A DNA stretch of 63,524 nt, counting the filler, from Deltaproteobacteria bacterium (GTDB taxonomy: Bacteria > JACQOV01), in assembly GCA_016202395.1 (NCBI GenBank). It is 5 parts of 5 records of this genome, joined end to end, with 100 filler letters (N's around TTAATTAATTAA, not from the genome) between each part and the next. Parts side by side here need not be neighbours in the genome. Positions count along the whole stretch, not along the records: positions 50,060 to 63,524 come from JACQOV010000081.1; 4 more parts are not named here. One strand, given 5' to 3'. Of the stretch, positions 56,337 through 63,524 are shown piece by piece. The notes below the pieces were generated by a model that was not told the origin of the DNA, did not search any database, and was given only the letters and a program-made list of their open reading frames with translations. Numbering within the stretch: the stretch's first letter is position 1; each line of letters begins with the position of its first letter. A program made the position numbers and the translations under genes.

Positions 56337-57370
56337 AATCTGAATTCCAATTGGGGAATATTGTAGTAGTCGTTGGTAATGGATTGTCTATAGATTTAAT
56401 AGAGAAGTGTTTTCATGACAAGTTCGAAGTTGATCTAACAAACTTTTTTAAACATGGTTCATCCATTTCGGTCCCTCCTAAAAGGGATAAGGAATCATTT
56501 CTTTCAGATAAATATCTTCCTTTCCTTTGGAGCTATGGTGCCAGATCAGATTTGACAAAGGAGAAATCCGATGAGATTTTTGAAACTTTAATCACACTGG
56601 TTTCCATCTGGTTTGGTAGGAGACGGGAGATAAGCGAGCCAATACCAGACTTCATCTATGCTTATCAGGAACTGTTGTATTTTATTCGTTATAAAATGAT
56701 CTATTATTATGAGATGGCGAAAGAAAAAATTAATTATGGTATTTGGCCATGGGTGAATTTTCTTAAACATGTGAGTAAAGAAACTCAAGTGACAATTGTT
56801 ACCTATAATTATGACATTTGGTTAGAAGAAGCTTTGGAACATACAGGGATTCCTTTCTATAGAACGAGTTTAAAAGAAGATAATAATAAAAACCATATGC
56901 CAATCATCAAGCCTCATGGCTCAATTGATTTAAGGCAAGATGTTCGGATTAGTAAACGTGAATTTCCTTTAGGGAAACAACTTATTATCGCAAACGCATC
57001 TAATAAAACTCTTGAGATTCCCAAACATGATCTACACGAGGTTTTTCCACAGGTCGATCTTATTCCACCCAGTGCTTCTGCTATGGATGTGTATCAGTCA
57101 CCGATGATGTTTACCTGGTGGTGTAATGAACATGATAAAGTGATAAAAGCATGTAGTTCGGCAACCCATGTCATTTTTCTAGGGTTGTCTTACAACTATT
57201 GGGATAGATCGGAGTTGAATAGTGTTATTAGTGCCCTTTCTAGTACTGCCAAAATTCATTTAGTCAATCCAAGTCCTCCAAAAGTTATGCAGAATATTCT
57301 GGCTTCCCTTTTTCCAAATTCCGAATTATCGAGCACCGTTGAGGATTTTGTTTCTAAGTGGAAATTATAA
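56333..57370 (+). CDS. SIR2-like (SIR2_2/AbiH-type) domain protein
   Basis: VVVVGNGLS, IVTYNYD, IIKPHGS, IFLGLSY, IHLVNP in sirtuin-fold order; ATGA-coupled to upstream gene; AT-rich. Confidence 0.75.
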   Translation: MKSEFQLGNIVVVVGNGLSIDLIEKCFHDKFEVDLTNFFKHGSSISVPPKRDKESFLSDKYLPFLWSYGARSDLTKEKSDEIFETLITLVSIWFGRRREISEPIPDFIYAYQELLYFIRYKMIYYYEMAKEKINYGIWPWVNFLKHVSKETQVTIVTYNYDIWLEEALEHTGIPFYRTSLKEDNNKNHMPIIKPHGSIDLRQDVRISKREFPLGKQLIIANASNKTLEIPKHDLHEVFPQVDLIPPSASAMDVYQSPMMFTWWCNEHDKVIKACSSATHVIFLGLSYNYWDRSELNSVISALSSTAKIHLVNPSPPKVMQNILASLFPNSELSSTVEDFVSKWKL

Positions 57371-57380
57371 TGAAAATAAT

Positions 57381-57447
57381 AGGGGTCAAATCGCGTGTTG
57401 AACAGTTCTTGCATTCCAAGTACTAGTCAACAAACGACTTGACCCCT
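57381..57447. repeat. 67-bp imperfect hairpin, left boundary of TA block
   Basis: AGGGGTCAA..TGTTGA..TCAACA..TTGACCCCT; inverted homologue at 58899-58964. Confidence 0.8.
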
Positions 57448-57515
57448 TTCTTCTACGTAACTTAATCACCCAAGCCTTGCCGATTTTAATAGTATAGTGT
57501 ATTATAGTGTCGTAC

Positions 57516-57869
57516 ATGGCCCAGTTTCAATTCATTCTGTGGCTTGCTTATTGGTATCTTCAAACTGCGACCTTTGAATTTCAATGGGACAAAGGCAATT
57601 CAACCAAAAGTATTGCCAAACATGGTGTATCTATCGAAGAAGTGGAGTCCATTTTTTCTCTCAAACTGGCTGTTCCTATTGGCAGGCAGATTTCGCCTAC
57701 AGTGAGTGAAGAGAGATTGTGCGTTGTCGGTCCTTCACAGGGAGGACGAATCCTATCTGTAGTTTTTAGTTTGCGTGAAGGTCGTGTTCGGCCGATTAGT
57801 TCACGCATCGCGAGTCGCAAAGAAAGGAGTCTTTATGAAAAAGTACGCAAGACGATTGAAGAGCTATGA
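57516..57869 (+). CDS. brnT: BrnT-family toxin
   Basis: FQWDKGN..KHGVSIEEVESIF..EERL..VRPISSRIASRKER..YE; alternative GTG start 57507. Confidence 0.85.
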   Translation: MAQFQFILWLAYWYLQTATFEFQWDKGNSTKSIAKHGVSIEEVESIFSLKLAVPIGRQISPTVSEERLCVVGPSQGGRILSVVFSLREGRVRPISSRIASRKERSLYEKVRKTIEEL

Positions 57870-58068
57870 CAAAATCGATTTTGACCCCGAAGAAATCATT
57901 GCCGGTATGAGCCGTTTGAAAGGTGGCCGGCGCAAACCCACCAGTGTGGCTCTTGAGGAAGATTTGCTTGAAGAACTCAAATCTTTCGCTAATAAGCGTG
58001 GAATACCTTATCAAGTTCTAATGCGACTTTTGATTGCGGACGGTATTACGAAGTTAAAGGCCGCTTAA
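57835..58068 (+). CDS. BrnA/CopG-like antitoxin
   Basis: TSVALEEDLLEELK..GIPYQVLMR; AAGGAG SD; overlaps brnT. Confidence 0.8.
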   Translation: MKKYARRLKSYDKIDFDPEEIIAGMSRLKGGRRKPTSVALEEDLLEELKSFANKRGIPYQVLMRLLIADGITKLKAA

Positions 58069-58070
58069 GA

Positions 58071-58148
58071 GAAGAACGTTACTTTTGTTTAGGGAAAGTG
58101 AATCGGAAAATATTAACCGTGCGGTTCGTTTACAGAGAGAATGAAATT
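58071..58148 (+). pseudogene. Internal fragment of a second BrnT-like toxin
   Basis: EERYFCLGKVNRKILTVRFVYRENEI; no start codon, no C-terminus. Confidence 0.7.
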
Positions 58149-58247
58149 TCAACTTGTTGTTCCAGAGGAAACTTTAAAGGTTACCATTGCTTTGACAAAA
58201 ACGAGTTTGGAGTTTTTCAAAAGGGAAGCAAAAAAACACCACTCTTT

Positions 58248-58514
58248 CTAGGCCGCTTTCCTCTCTTTTATGACTTGGTCCAGATCGTAGGTTGCCTGGA
58301 GGTTCATCCAAAGTTTCGGCGATGTTCTCAATACCTTTGCAAGGTCAAGGGCTGAGTTTGCCGTCATGCCTCGTTTCCCCTTGATTAGTTCATTGAGATG
58401 GGTCCGAGTCCAGCTGAGCTTTTCAGCGAGTTCAGCTTGAGTTATGCCAGCCGGCTCGATAAACTCCTCTAATAAAATTTGTCCGGGATGAAAAGGATTT
58501 TTAGGTAATCTCAC
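58248..58514 (-). CDS. higA: HigA-family antitoxin
   Basis: HPGQILLEEF, LNELIKGKRG, LWMNLQ..YDL. Confidence 0.92.
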   Translation of the reverse strand: MRLPKNPFHPGQILLEEFIEPAGITQAELAEKLSWTRTHLNELIKGKRGMTANSALDLAKVLRTSPKLWMNLQATYDLDQVIKERKAA

Positions 58515-58533
58515 GATCTCCTCCTTACGGGTG

Positions 58534-58824
58534 TTAATGATAGTCTAGAATTCTGACATCCCATGCGTTCCCCTTTTCCCATCGAAACACTACCCTCCAC
58601 TGGTCGTTGATTCGTATCGAGTAAAAACCCCTCCACCCGCCTTTTAATGCCTCGAGCCTATTGCCAGGAGGGGCTTTTAAATCGTTCAGTTCCGCTGCGT
58701 CATGCAAGTAGAGAAGCTTTCTCCGAGCTACTCGCCATAGCTCGGCTGGAAACCGCCTCACCGCTTTGGAAACTCTGTCATCAAATAAGTCCTCTGCAAG
58801 GTGGTTCCCAAAGCCTTCGATCAT
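58534..58824 (-). CDS. higB: HigB-family toxin
   Basis: ARRKL..DLKAPPGNRLEALKG..YSIRINDQWRVVFRW..DYH. Confidence 0.92.
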   Translation of the reverse strand: MIEGFGNHLAEDLFDDRVSKAVRRFPAELWRVARRKLLYLHDAAELNDLKAPPGNRLEALKGGWRGFYSIRINDQWRVVFRWEKGNAWDVRILDYH

Positions 58825-58830
58825 GTTTAG

Positions 58831-58859
58831 AGGTTATCGTAACTCGATAATTTTGTCAA
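58831..58859 (-). promoter_or_regulatory. higBA promoter and operator
   Basis: TTGACA-17nt-TAACCT on minus strand; palindrome TTATCG-N5-CGATAA at 58834-58850. Confidence 0.7.
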
Positions 58860-58898
58860 GGCTCAATGATGAAAGGTGAAAGGGAAGAAAGGAAAAAA

Positions 58899-58964
58899 GA
58901 GGTCCGGTCGCGTGTTGACTAGTGCTTGGAATCTGGAAACCATTCAACATGCGACCGAACCCCT
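58899..58964. repeat. 66-bp imperfect hairpin, right boundary of TA block
   Basis: CGGTCGCGTGTTGA..TCAACATGCGACCG; reverse complement shares TCGCrTGTTGAA and ATTCCAAGyACTAGTCAACA with 57381-57447. Confidence 0.8.
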
Positions 58965-59065
58965 TTCCTTCTTTATTCCGCTAGTTTCAAATATTTTTTT
59001 AAACCGAAGCAACAAATAGCCTTCTGGGATCGATAAAGAATGGAAAGGATTTTGAGGTAAGTTTC

Positions 59066-59368
59066 ATGAGGAAAGTATTAACTTTGCAGAAAGTTCTAAA
59101 GGAGGAATTCAAAGATCCTGAGTTCCGTTTTTATTTTGAGCGGGCCCGAGCCGTTCAAGAGATCGGTTGGATGGTTCGAAAAGCTCGCAAGAAGGTCAAA
59201 CTGACTCAAATGGAGTTGGCTCACCATGCAAAGACAACGCAGGAAGTAATTTCTCGCATGGAATCAGGAGAGGATATTCGGATTCCATCTTTAGAGCTTT
59301 TGGAAAGGGTTGCTCATGCTCTTGGAGCCAAACTTTTGATCTCTTTTGAATACGATGTTGCGGCCTAA
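59066..59368 (+). CDS. XRE-family HTH protein (orphan antitoxin-like)
   Basis: KDPEF, ARKKVKLTQMELA..TTQEVISRMESG..PSLELLERVAHALG. Confidence 0.85.
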   Translation: MRKVLTLQKVLKEEFKDPEFRFYFERARAVQEIGWMVRKARKKVKLTQMELAHHAKTTQEVISRMESGEDIRIPSLELLERVAHALGAKLLISFEYDVAA

Positions 59369-59464
59369 TTTGCGATACGGTAGCGCTTTTTTCCGAAGGG
59401 CATGAAAAAGATACGCCTTCACTTTAACTCGAAGGCGCTGCCAACGGGTGGCGCTTGGCATCGT

Positions 59465-60382
59465 TCAATGTCCTCCTGGAATCATCTGAAAAGGGTTGGG
59501 GATGAAAGTCAAAATGAAAAGGAGAATGCTCACCCAGCCTGTGATTTTTTGGCGTCGATTTAAGGGGAGGATGGGGTCTAACGGAGGAGGATGTCCAATC
59601 CCTAACAACATGGCAAGTAATCCCCACATCAACCATCCTTGCCAGGTGAAAAGCCCTAGAGCCACAAGAATTAGGACCATCCCTTTCGAGACCGAGCGAT
59701 GCCTTTCCCCAAAGATCGCATAGGAGATATGCCCTCCATCGAGCTGCCCGATCGGCAACAGGTTCAAACAGGTGACCAAAAAACCGATCCAAGCAGCGAA
59801 GGCAATGGGGTGCAAAATGAGATCGGAATTCTTTGCTATCGGGCCTAATGTCATCCATTCCAGTCCTTGAGTGATTAACGAAGGGCCGAGTCGAATCCCC
59901 TCGGCAGGGACTTCGGAAAGAGGGATGACTTGAGAGAGTTTAAGTCCGATGATGTACATCGGAATAGCAATCACAGCGCCGGCAATCGGCCCTGCGGCTC
60001 CGACATCCAAAAGATCTCCTTTATTAGTGACGGGGGATCTCATTTTGATAAAAGCTCCAAAGGTCCCCAAAAAAGTGGGGGCCGGGATGAAATAAGGGAG
60101 AGAGACGTCGACCCCTCGAGAGCGTCCCGTCAGGTAATGGCCGAATTCGTGGGTTCCTAAGATGAAAAGCAAGGTCAGCGCAAAAGGGGCCCCTTCGATG
60201 ATACGGTTCGGCTCTTTAAAAATATTGATTCCCTGTTGGAGAGCCCCTGCGGCAAAGGTTGTGGCTAGCGTTAAAAGGAATAAAATGAGATGGATTCGAA
60301 TCGATCGCTTCGGCTTTTGGAATCCATAAACTCCCGGTTGATTGGGATCTTCTTTGAGGGTGATCTCTGAGGGATTTGTCAT
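59465..60382 (-). CDS. Site-2 protease (M50) family membrane protein
   Basis: HEFGH, AAGP, NLLPIGQLDGGH. Confidence 0.92.
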   Translation of the reverse strand: MTNPSEITLKEDPNQPGVYGFQKPKRSIRIHLILFLLTLATTFAAGALQQGINIFKEPNRIIEGAPFALTLLFILGTHEFGHYLTGRSRGVDVSLPYFIPAPTFLGTFGAFIKMRSPVTNKGDLLDVGAAGPIAGAVIAIPMYIIGLKLSQVIPLSEVPAEGIRLGPSLITQGLEWMTLGPIAKNSDLILHPIAFAAWIGFLVTCLNLLPIGQLDGGHISYAIFGERHRSVSKGMVLILVALGLFTWQGWLMWGLLAMLLGIGHPPPLDPILPLNRRQKITGWVSILLFILTFIPNPFQMIPGGH

Positions 60383-60505
60383 GATTTCACTTCTAGCAAC
60401 CCTCACTCTTGGGGTCAAGAAGCGATCCACCGCTTTGCTTGACATTTGGGCGCGATTTCGATCTACTACACCTTGCTCGCATTAACCGAAAGAAAGGGGA
60501 CTTCT

Positions 60506-61489
60506 ATGTTATCCAAAGCGACCGCAGTTGTTTTCTTAATTACTACCTTAGTTTTAGGCTATCTCTATTGGGATGTTAAAAATAGTGGGACCCATCCTGG
60601 AGCGCAAAACATAGCCCAGGTGGAGGGATCTGCTCCTTTTACAGGGAGCCCGGAGGAGCAGAAGCAGAGAATCTCGAATTACCTTCGCGAAACCCTCAAC
60701 ATGCCAAGCTCTGTTCAGATTGAGGTGGGGGAGATCCAAACCTCTGATATTCCGGGGCTTCAAGAAGGGGAGCTGAATTACCAACGAGGGGAACAAGCCC
60801 AAAAAGGGAACTTCTACCTCACCTCCGATGGGAATTATCTCATTCTAGGTCGAGTGATGAATCTGGCGGTCGATCCTCGGCAAGCGGTCGTCTCCAAGAT
60901 CTCCATGAAAGACGCTGTGATCCAGGGGGCCAAAGACGCTCCAGTGACACTCGTCGAATACTCCGATCTTCAGTGTCCTTTTTGTGGTCGAGCTCACAAA
61001 ACCGTTGAAGAATTGGTCAAAGCGAATGAAGGAAAACTGAAGTGGGTGTGGAAACATTTCCCTCTTTCTACGATTCACAAATGGGCTGAAGATGGGGCGG
61101 TGGCTGCGGAGTGTGTGCGGCAGCAGAATGAAGAGGCTTTCTGGAAATTTGCCGATTACGTTTTTGAGAATCAAAAGAGCATCAACAACAGCAATCTGGA
61201 GCAGAAAGTTGGGGAGTTTGCTCAACAGAATGGATTGAAAGACAAGAAGATTAAATCTTGCATGAAAGATAAGAACGTGCGAGAGAAGGTTCAGGCCGAT
61301 GCGAAAGAGGGGGGAGAGGTTGGTGTCAGTTCCACTCCTACCTTCTTTGTGAATGGTCGGAAGGTGTCTGGGGCCAAGCCTTTGGCGGAATTCCAATCGA
61401 TTGTGGATGAGGAGTTAGGAATTAAGAAACCCGAAGAGGCGGCTCCAACCACAGAGAGCGGAGCTCCCAAAGCCCCGCCGCAGGGTTAG
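60506..61489 (+). CDS. Membrane-anchored DsbA-family thioredoxin-fold protein
   Basis: EYSDLQCPFC, KHFPL, GVSSTPTFFVNG; extra N-terminal DsbC/G-like domain. Confidence 0.88.
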   Translation: MLSKATAVVFLITTLVLGYLYWDVKNSGTHPGAQNIAQVEGSAPFTGSPEEQKQRISNYLRETLNMPSSVQIEVGEIQTSDIPGLQEGELNYQRGEQAQKGNFYLTSDGNYLILGRVMNLAVDPRQAVVSKISMKDAVIQGAKDAPVTLVEYSDLQCPFCGRAHKTVEELVKANEGKLKWVWKHFPLSTIHKWAEDGAVAAECVRQQNEEAFWKFADYVFENQKSINNSNLEQKVGEFAQQNGLKDKKIKSCMKDKNVREKVQADAKEGGEVGVSSTPTFFVNGRKVSGAKPLAEFQSIVDEELGIKKPEEAAPTTESGAPKAPPQG

Positions 61490-61512
61490 TTTTTAGGGAT
61501 TAGGGATTATAG

Positions 61513-61546
61513 AGGGCGTAGGGGTTTCTCTACGCCCTATTTTTTT
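61513..61546 (+). terminator. Rho-independent terminator
   Basis: AGGGCGTAGGG..TCTACGCCCT stem followed by a T-run. Confidence 0.75.
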
Positions 61547-61547
61547 A

Positions 61548-61621
61548 CGGGGCGTGGCTCAGCCTGGTAGAGCGCTTGGTTCGGGACCAAGAAGTCCGCG
61601 GTTCAAATCCGCGCGCCCCGA
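61548..61621 (+). tRNA. tRNA-Pro(CGG)
   Basis: Acceptor CGGGGCG/CGCCCCG, anticodon arm CTTGG-TTCGGGA-CCAAG, T-loop GTTCAAATC; CCA not encoded. Confidence 0.95.
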
Positions 61622-61627
61622 ATTTTG

Positions 61628-61675
61628 ACCCCCTCTTTGTTCTCCCCCTTAGGATAAGGGGGAGATAGAGGGGGT
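61628..61675. repeat. REP-like hairpin between tRNA-Pro and the nadE stop
   Basis: ACCCCCTCT..TCTCCCCCTTA-GGA-TAAGGGGGAGA..AGAGGGGGT. Confidence 0.7.
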
Positions 61676-63369
61676 TAAACTGTTGGTTTGTAGGCATTCG
61701 TGATCGGCATGCGCCGATCCTTCCCGTAAGCTTTGGGGGTAATTTTGATTCCTGGAGCGGCTTGTCGTCGTTTGTACTCACTTCGATCGATCATTTCAAT
61801 CACCTGTTGCACTATTTTGGCGTCAAACCCTTTTGCGGCAATCTCTTCACAACTTTTATCCTCTTCAACATAAGCTTGAATAATAGGGTCGAGAATTTCG
61901 TAAGGCGGGAGCGTGTCTTGATCTGTTTGGTTTGCTTTGAGCTCTGCGGTGGGAGGTTTAGTCAAGATCGATTCTGGAATCATCGGCGAAGAGGCTAGAG
62001 AGTTTCGGTATCGAGAGAGTTCATAGACGAGCATTTTGGGGACATCTTTTAGAATCGCAAAGCCTCCGGCCATGTCTCCGTAGAGGGTTGCGTACCCTAC
62101 ACTCATCTCGCTTTTATTCCCTGTGGTCAACACTAACCAGCCGAATTTATTGGAAAGGGCCATGAGAAGATTTCCCCGAATGCGGGCTTGAAGATTCTCT
62201 TCCGCAATGTTGGGCCCCCTATTTTTGAAATGGGGCTTAAGCTCTTGGAGATAGGTCTCAAACGGAGGTTCGATGGAGATCTCCAGAAGAGCGATACTTA
62301 AGTTTTTGGCTATAGCCTCCGCGTCTCGACGGCTCTCTTGTGAAGTGTATCGCGAAGGAAGCATGACACCCGTCACATTCTCTTTTCCCAGGGCGTCCGC
62401 CGCAATCACAGCCGTCAGAGCGGAGTCGATTCCACCACTTAAACCCAGCGCCGCTTTTTCGAAACGGTTCTTTCGGAAATAATCTTTCAATCCTAGAACC
62501 AAAGCTCGATAGATCTCCTCGAGGCGATCCGGCTCATCCACATGACGTGGAGGGAGTGGTTTTTTTCTTTTTATGGTTTTTGGAACAGGGAGCTCCAGAA
62601 ATTCCACTGGAGTTTTGACACTTGTCTTTTTCGAGACCGGAATTTCAAGGTCGACAACCAAGAACTCCTCTTTCAAGGCCTCCCCTCGAGCCACCACGTT
62701 GCCGTTCGGATCAATGACGAGACTATGTCCATCAAAAACAAGCTCGTCTTGCCCTCCCACTAAGTTATTGTAAGCGATGAAGGTCTTATTTTGAAGAGCT
62801 CGCTCACAGAGCATCCGCTGACGCTCCGCCCATTTTCCTGCATGATAAGGGGACGAATTGATGTTGAGAATCAATTGGGCGCCTCCCACAGAACATTGAG
62901 AGCGGGCCGGGCCTTGCGCAATCCAGATGTCTTCGCAGATGTTCACACCCCATCGAATGTCGCCATAGAGGTAAACCGGGCATCGTTTTCCCGATTCGAA
63001 ATATCGTTTTTCATCGAACACACCGTAGTTGGGGAGATGAGTTTTATGATAGATGTCGGCCATTTTCCCGTTGTGTAAAATGGCGGCGGCGTTATAAAGA
63101 GGGCCCTTCCCATCCACGAAACCCACAACGGCCGTAATCCCTTCTGTTTCTGGAACAATTTTCTGAAGCGCTTTCTGATTGTCTCTCACAAATCGGAGTT
63201 TTAAGAGGAGATCCTCCGGTGGATAGCCCGTAATGGCCAGTTCGGGGAAAAGAACGATGTCCACCTCTTTCTCTTTGGCCTTTTGGAGGTCATGGATAAT
63301 TTTATCGACGTTTCCTTGAAGGTCTCCTACCGTTAAATTGATTTGAGCCAGCCCAAGCCGAATTAGCAT
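61675..63369 (-). CDS. nadE: Glutamine-dependent NAD+ synthetase
   Basis: Nitrilase domain (FPEL, K, ICED) plus GLSGGIDS, ENLQARIRG, GNKSE, PTAEL; start MLIRLG. Confidence 0.96.
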   Translation of the reverse strand: MLIRLGLAQINLTVGDLQGNVDKIIHDLQKAKEKEVDIVLFPELAITGYPPEDLLLKLRFVRDNQKALQKIVPETEGITAVVGFVDGKGPLYNAAAILHNGKMADIYHKTHLPNYGVFDEKRYFESGKRCPVYLYGDIRWGVNICEDIWIAQGPARSQCSVGGAQLILNINSSPYHAGKWAERQRMLCERALQNKTFIAYNNLVGGQDELVFDGHSLVIDPNGNVVARGEALKEEFLVVDLEIPVSKKTSVKTPVEFLELPVPKTIKRKKPLPPRHVDEPDRLEEIYRALVLGLKDYFRKNRFEKAALGLSGGIDSALTAVIAADALGKENVTGVMLPSRYTSQESRRDAEAIAKNLSIALLEISIEPPFETYLQELKPHFKNRGPNIAEENLQARIRGNLLMALSNKFGWLVLTTGNKSEMSVGYATLYGDMAGGFAILKDVPKMLVYELSRYRNSLASSPMIPESILTKPPTAELKANQTDQDTLPPYEILDPIIQAYVEEDKSCEEIAAKGFDAKIVQQVIEMIDRSEYKRRQAAPGIKITPKAYGKDRRMPITNAYKPTV

Positions 63370-63524
63370 AAAATGGACACAACTATCCCTTTCCTCATTT
63401 CTTTTGTCAAGTTTCATGAAAATCAAAGGAGAGAATTGCCTAAAAAATAGGCATAGATGCCTCATTTTTAATCAGGTTTGGATTTTTTTGAGGCCTTCCT
63501 TTGGCGAGGAAATTATCTTAACAC

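Noticed and set aside
57381-58964. Hairpins as integron attC sites
   Set aside because: No RYYYAAC/GTTRRRY ends, inverted rather than direct orientation, and no intI in the window.
58965-59065. Relic of a RelE/Gp49 toxin before the XRE gene
   Set aside because: No frame gives a recognisable motif; cannot be supported by eye.
61494-61510. TTAGGGA repeats resembling telomeric DNA
   Set aside because: Only about 2.5 units; compatible with chance or local slippage.

Overview
The window is five bacterial contigs joined by artificial 100-nt spacers (44 N + TTAATTAATTAA + 44 N): 1-16673, 16774-30692, 30793-42479, 42580-49959 and 50060-63524. Adjacency across the spacers is not biological. Gene content and synteny (ribF-aroE-pilB-pilT-pilC-pilS-pilR, lptFG) suggest a diderm deltaproteobacterium-like genome, probably a metagenome bin (inference). 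Most of it is housekeeping: rsmI, lptFG, pyrimidine phosphorylase, ribF, aroE, type IV pilus genes, argS, thiD, bolA/grxD, acs, pit, rarA, nadK, recN, secA, typA, efp, radA, rpe, nadE, tRNA-Asp and tRNA-Pro. Standout observations: (1) an AT-rich island at 55.3-59.4 kb with a lipoprotein + SIR2-like gene pair joined to a truncated PemK-like toxin, then convergent brnTA and higBA modules bracketed by two inverted copies of a ~66-bp hairpin, plus toxin relics; (2) several families of palindromic, sometimes nested, intergenic repeats, some inside coding sequence (TPM protein signal peptide, BolA and RadA C-termini); (3) an EF-P whose PGKG loop is replaced by TAQR; (4) a 1583-aa lipoprotein with TSP3, FG-GAP and RCC1-like repeats behind a consensus sigma54 promoter; (5) an ArsR-regulated merT/merP-like cluster without merA; (6) both ends of an IS481-like element at two contig termini. 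All family calls come from motif recognition by eye; no searches were run.
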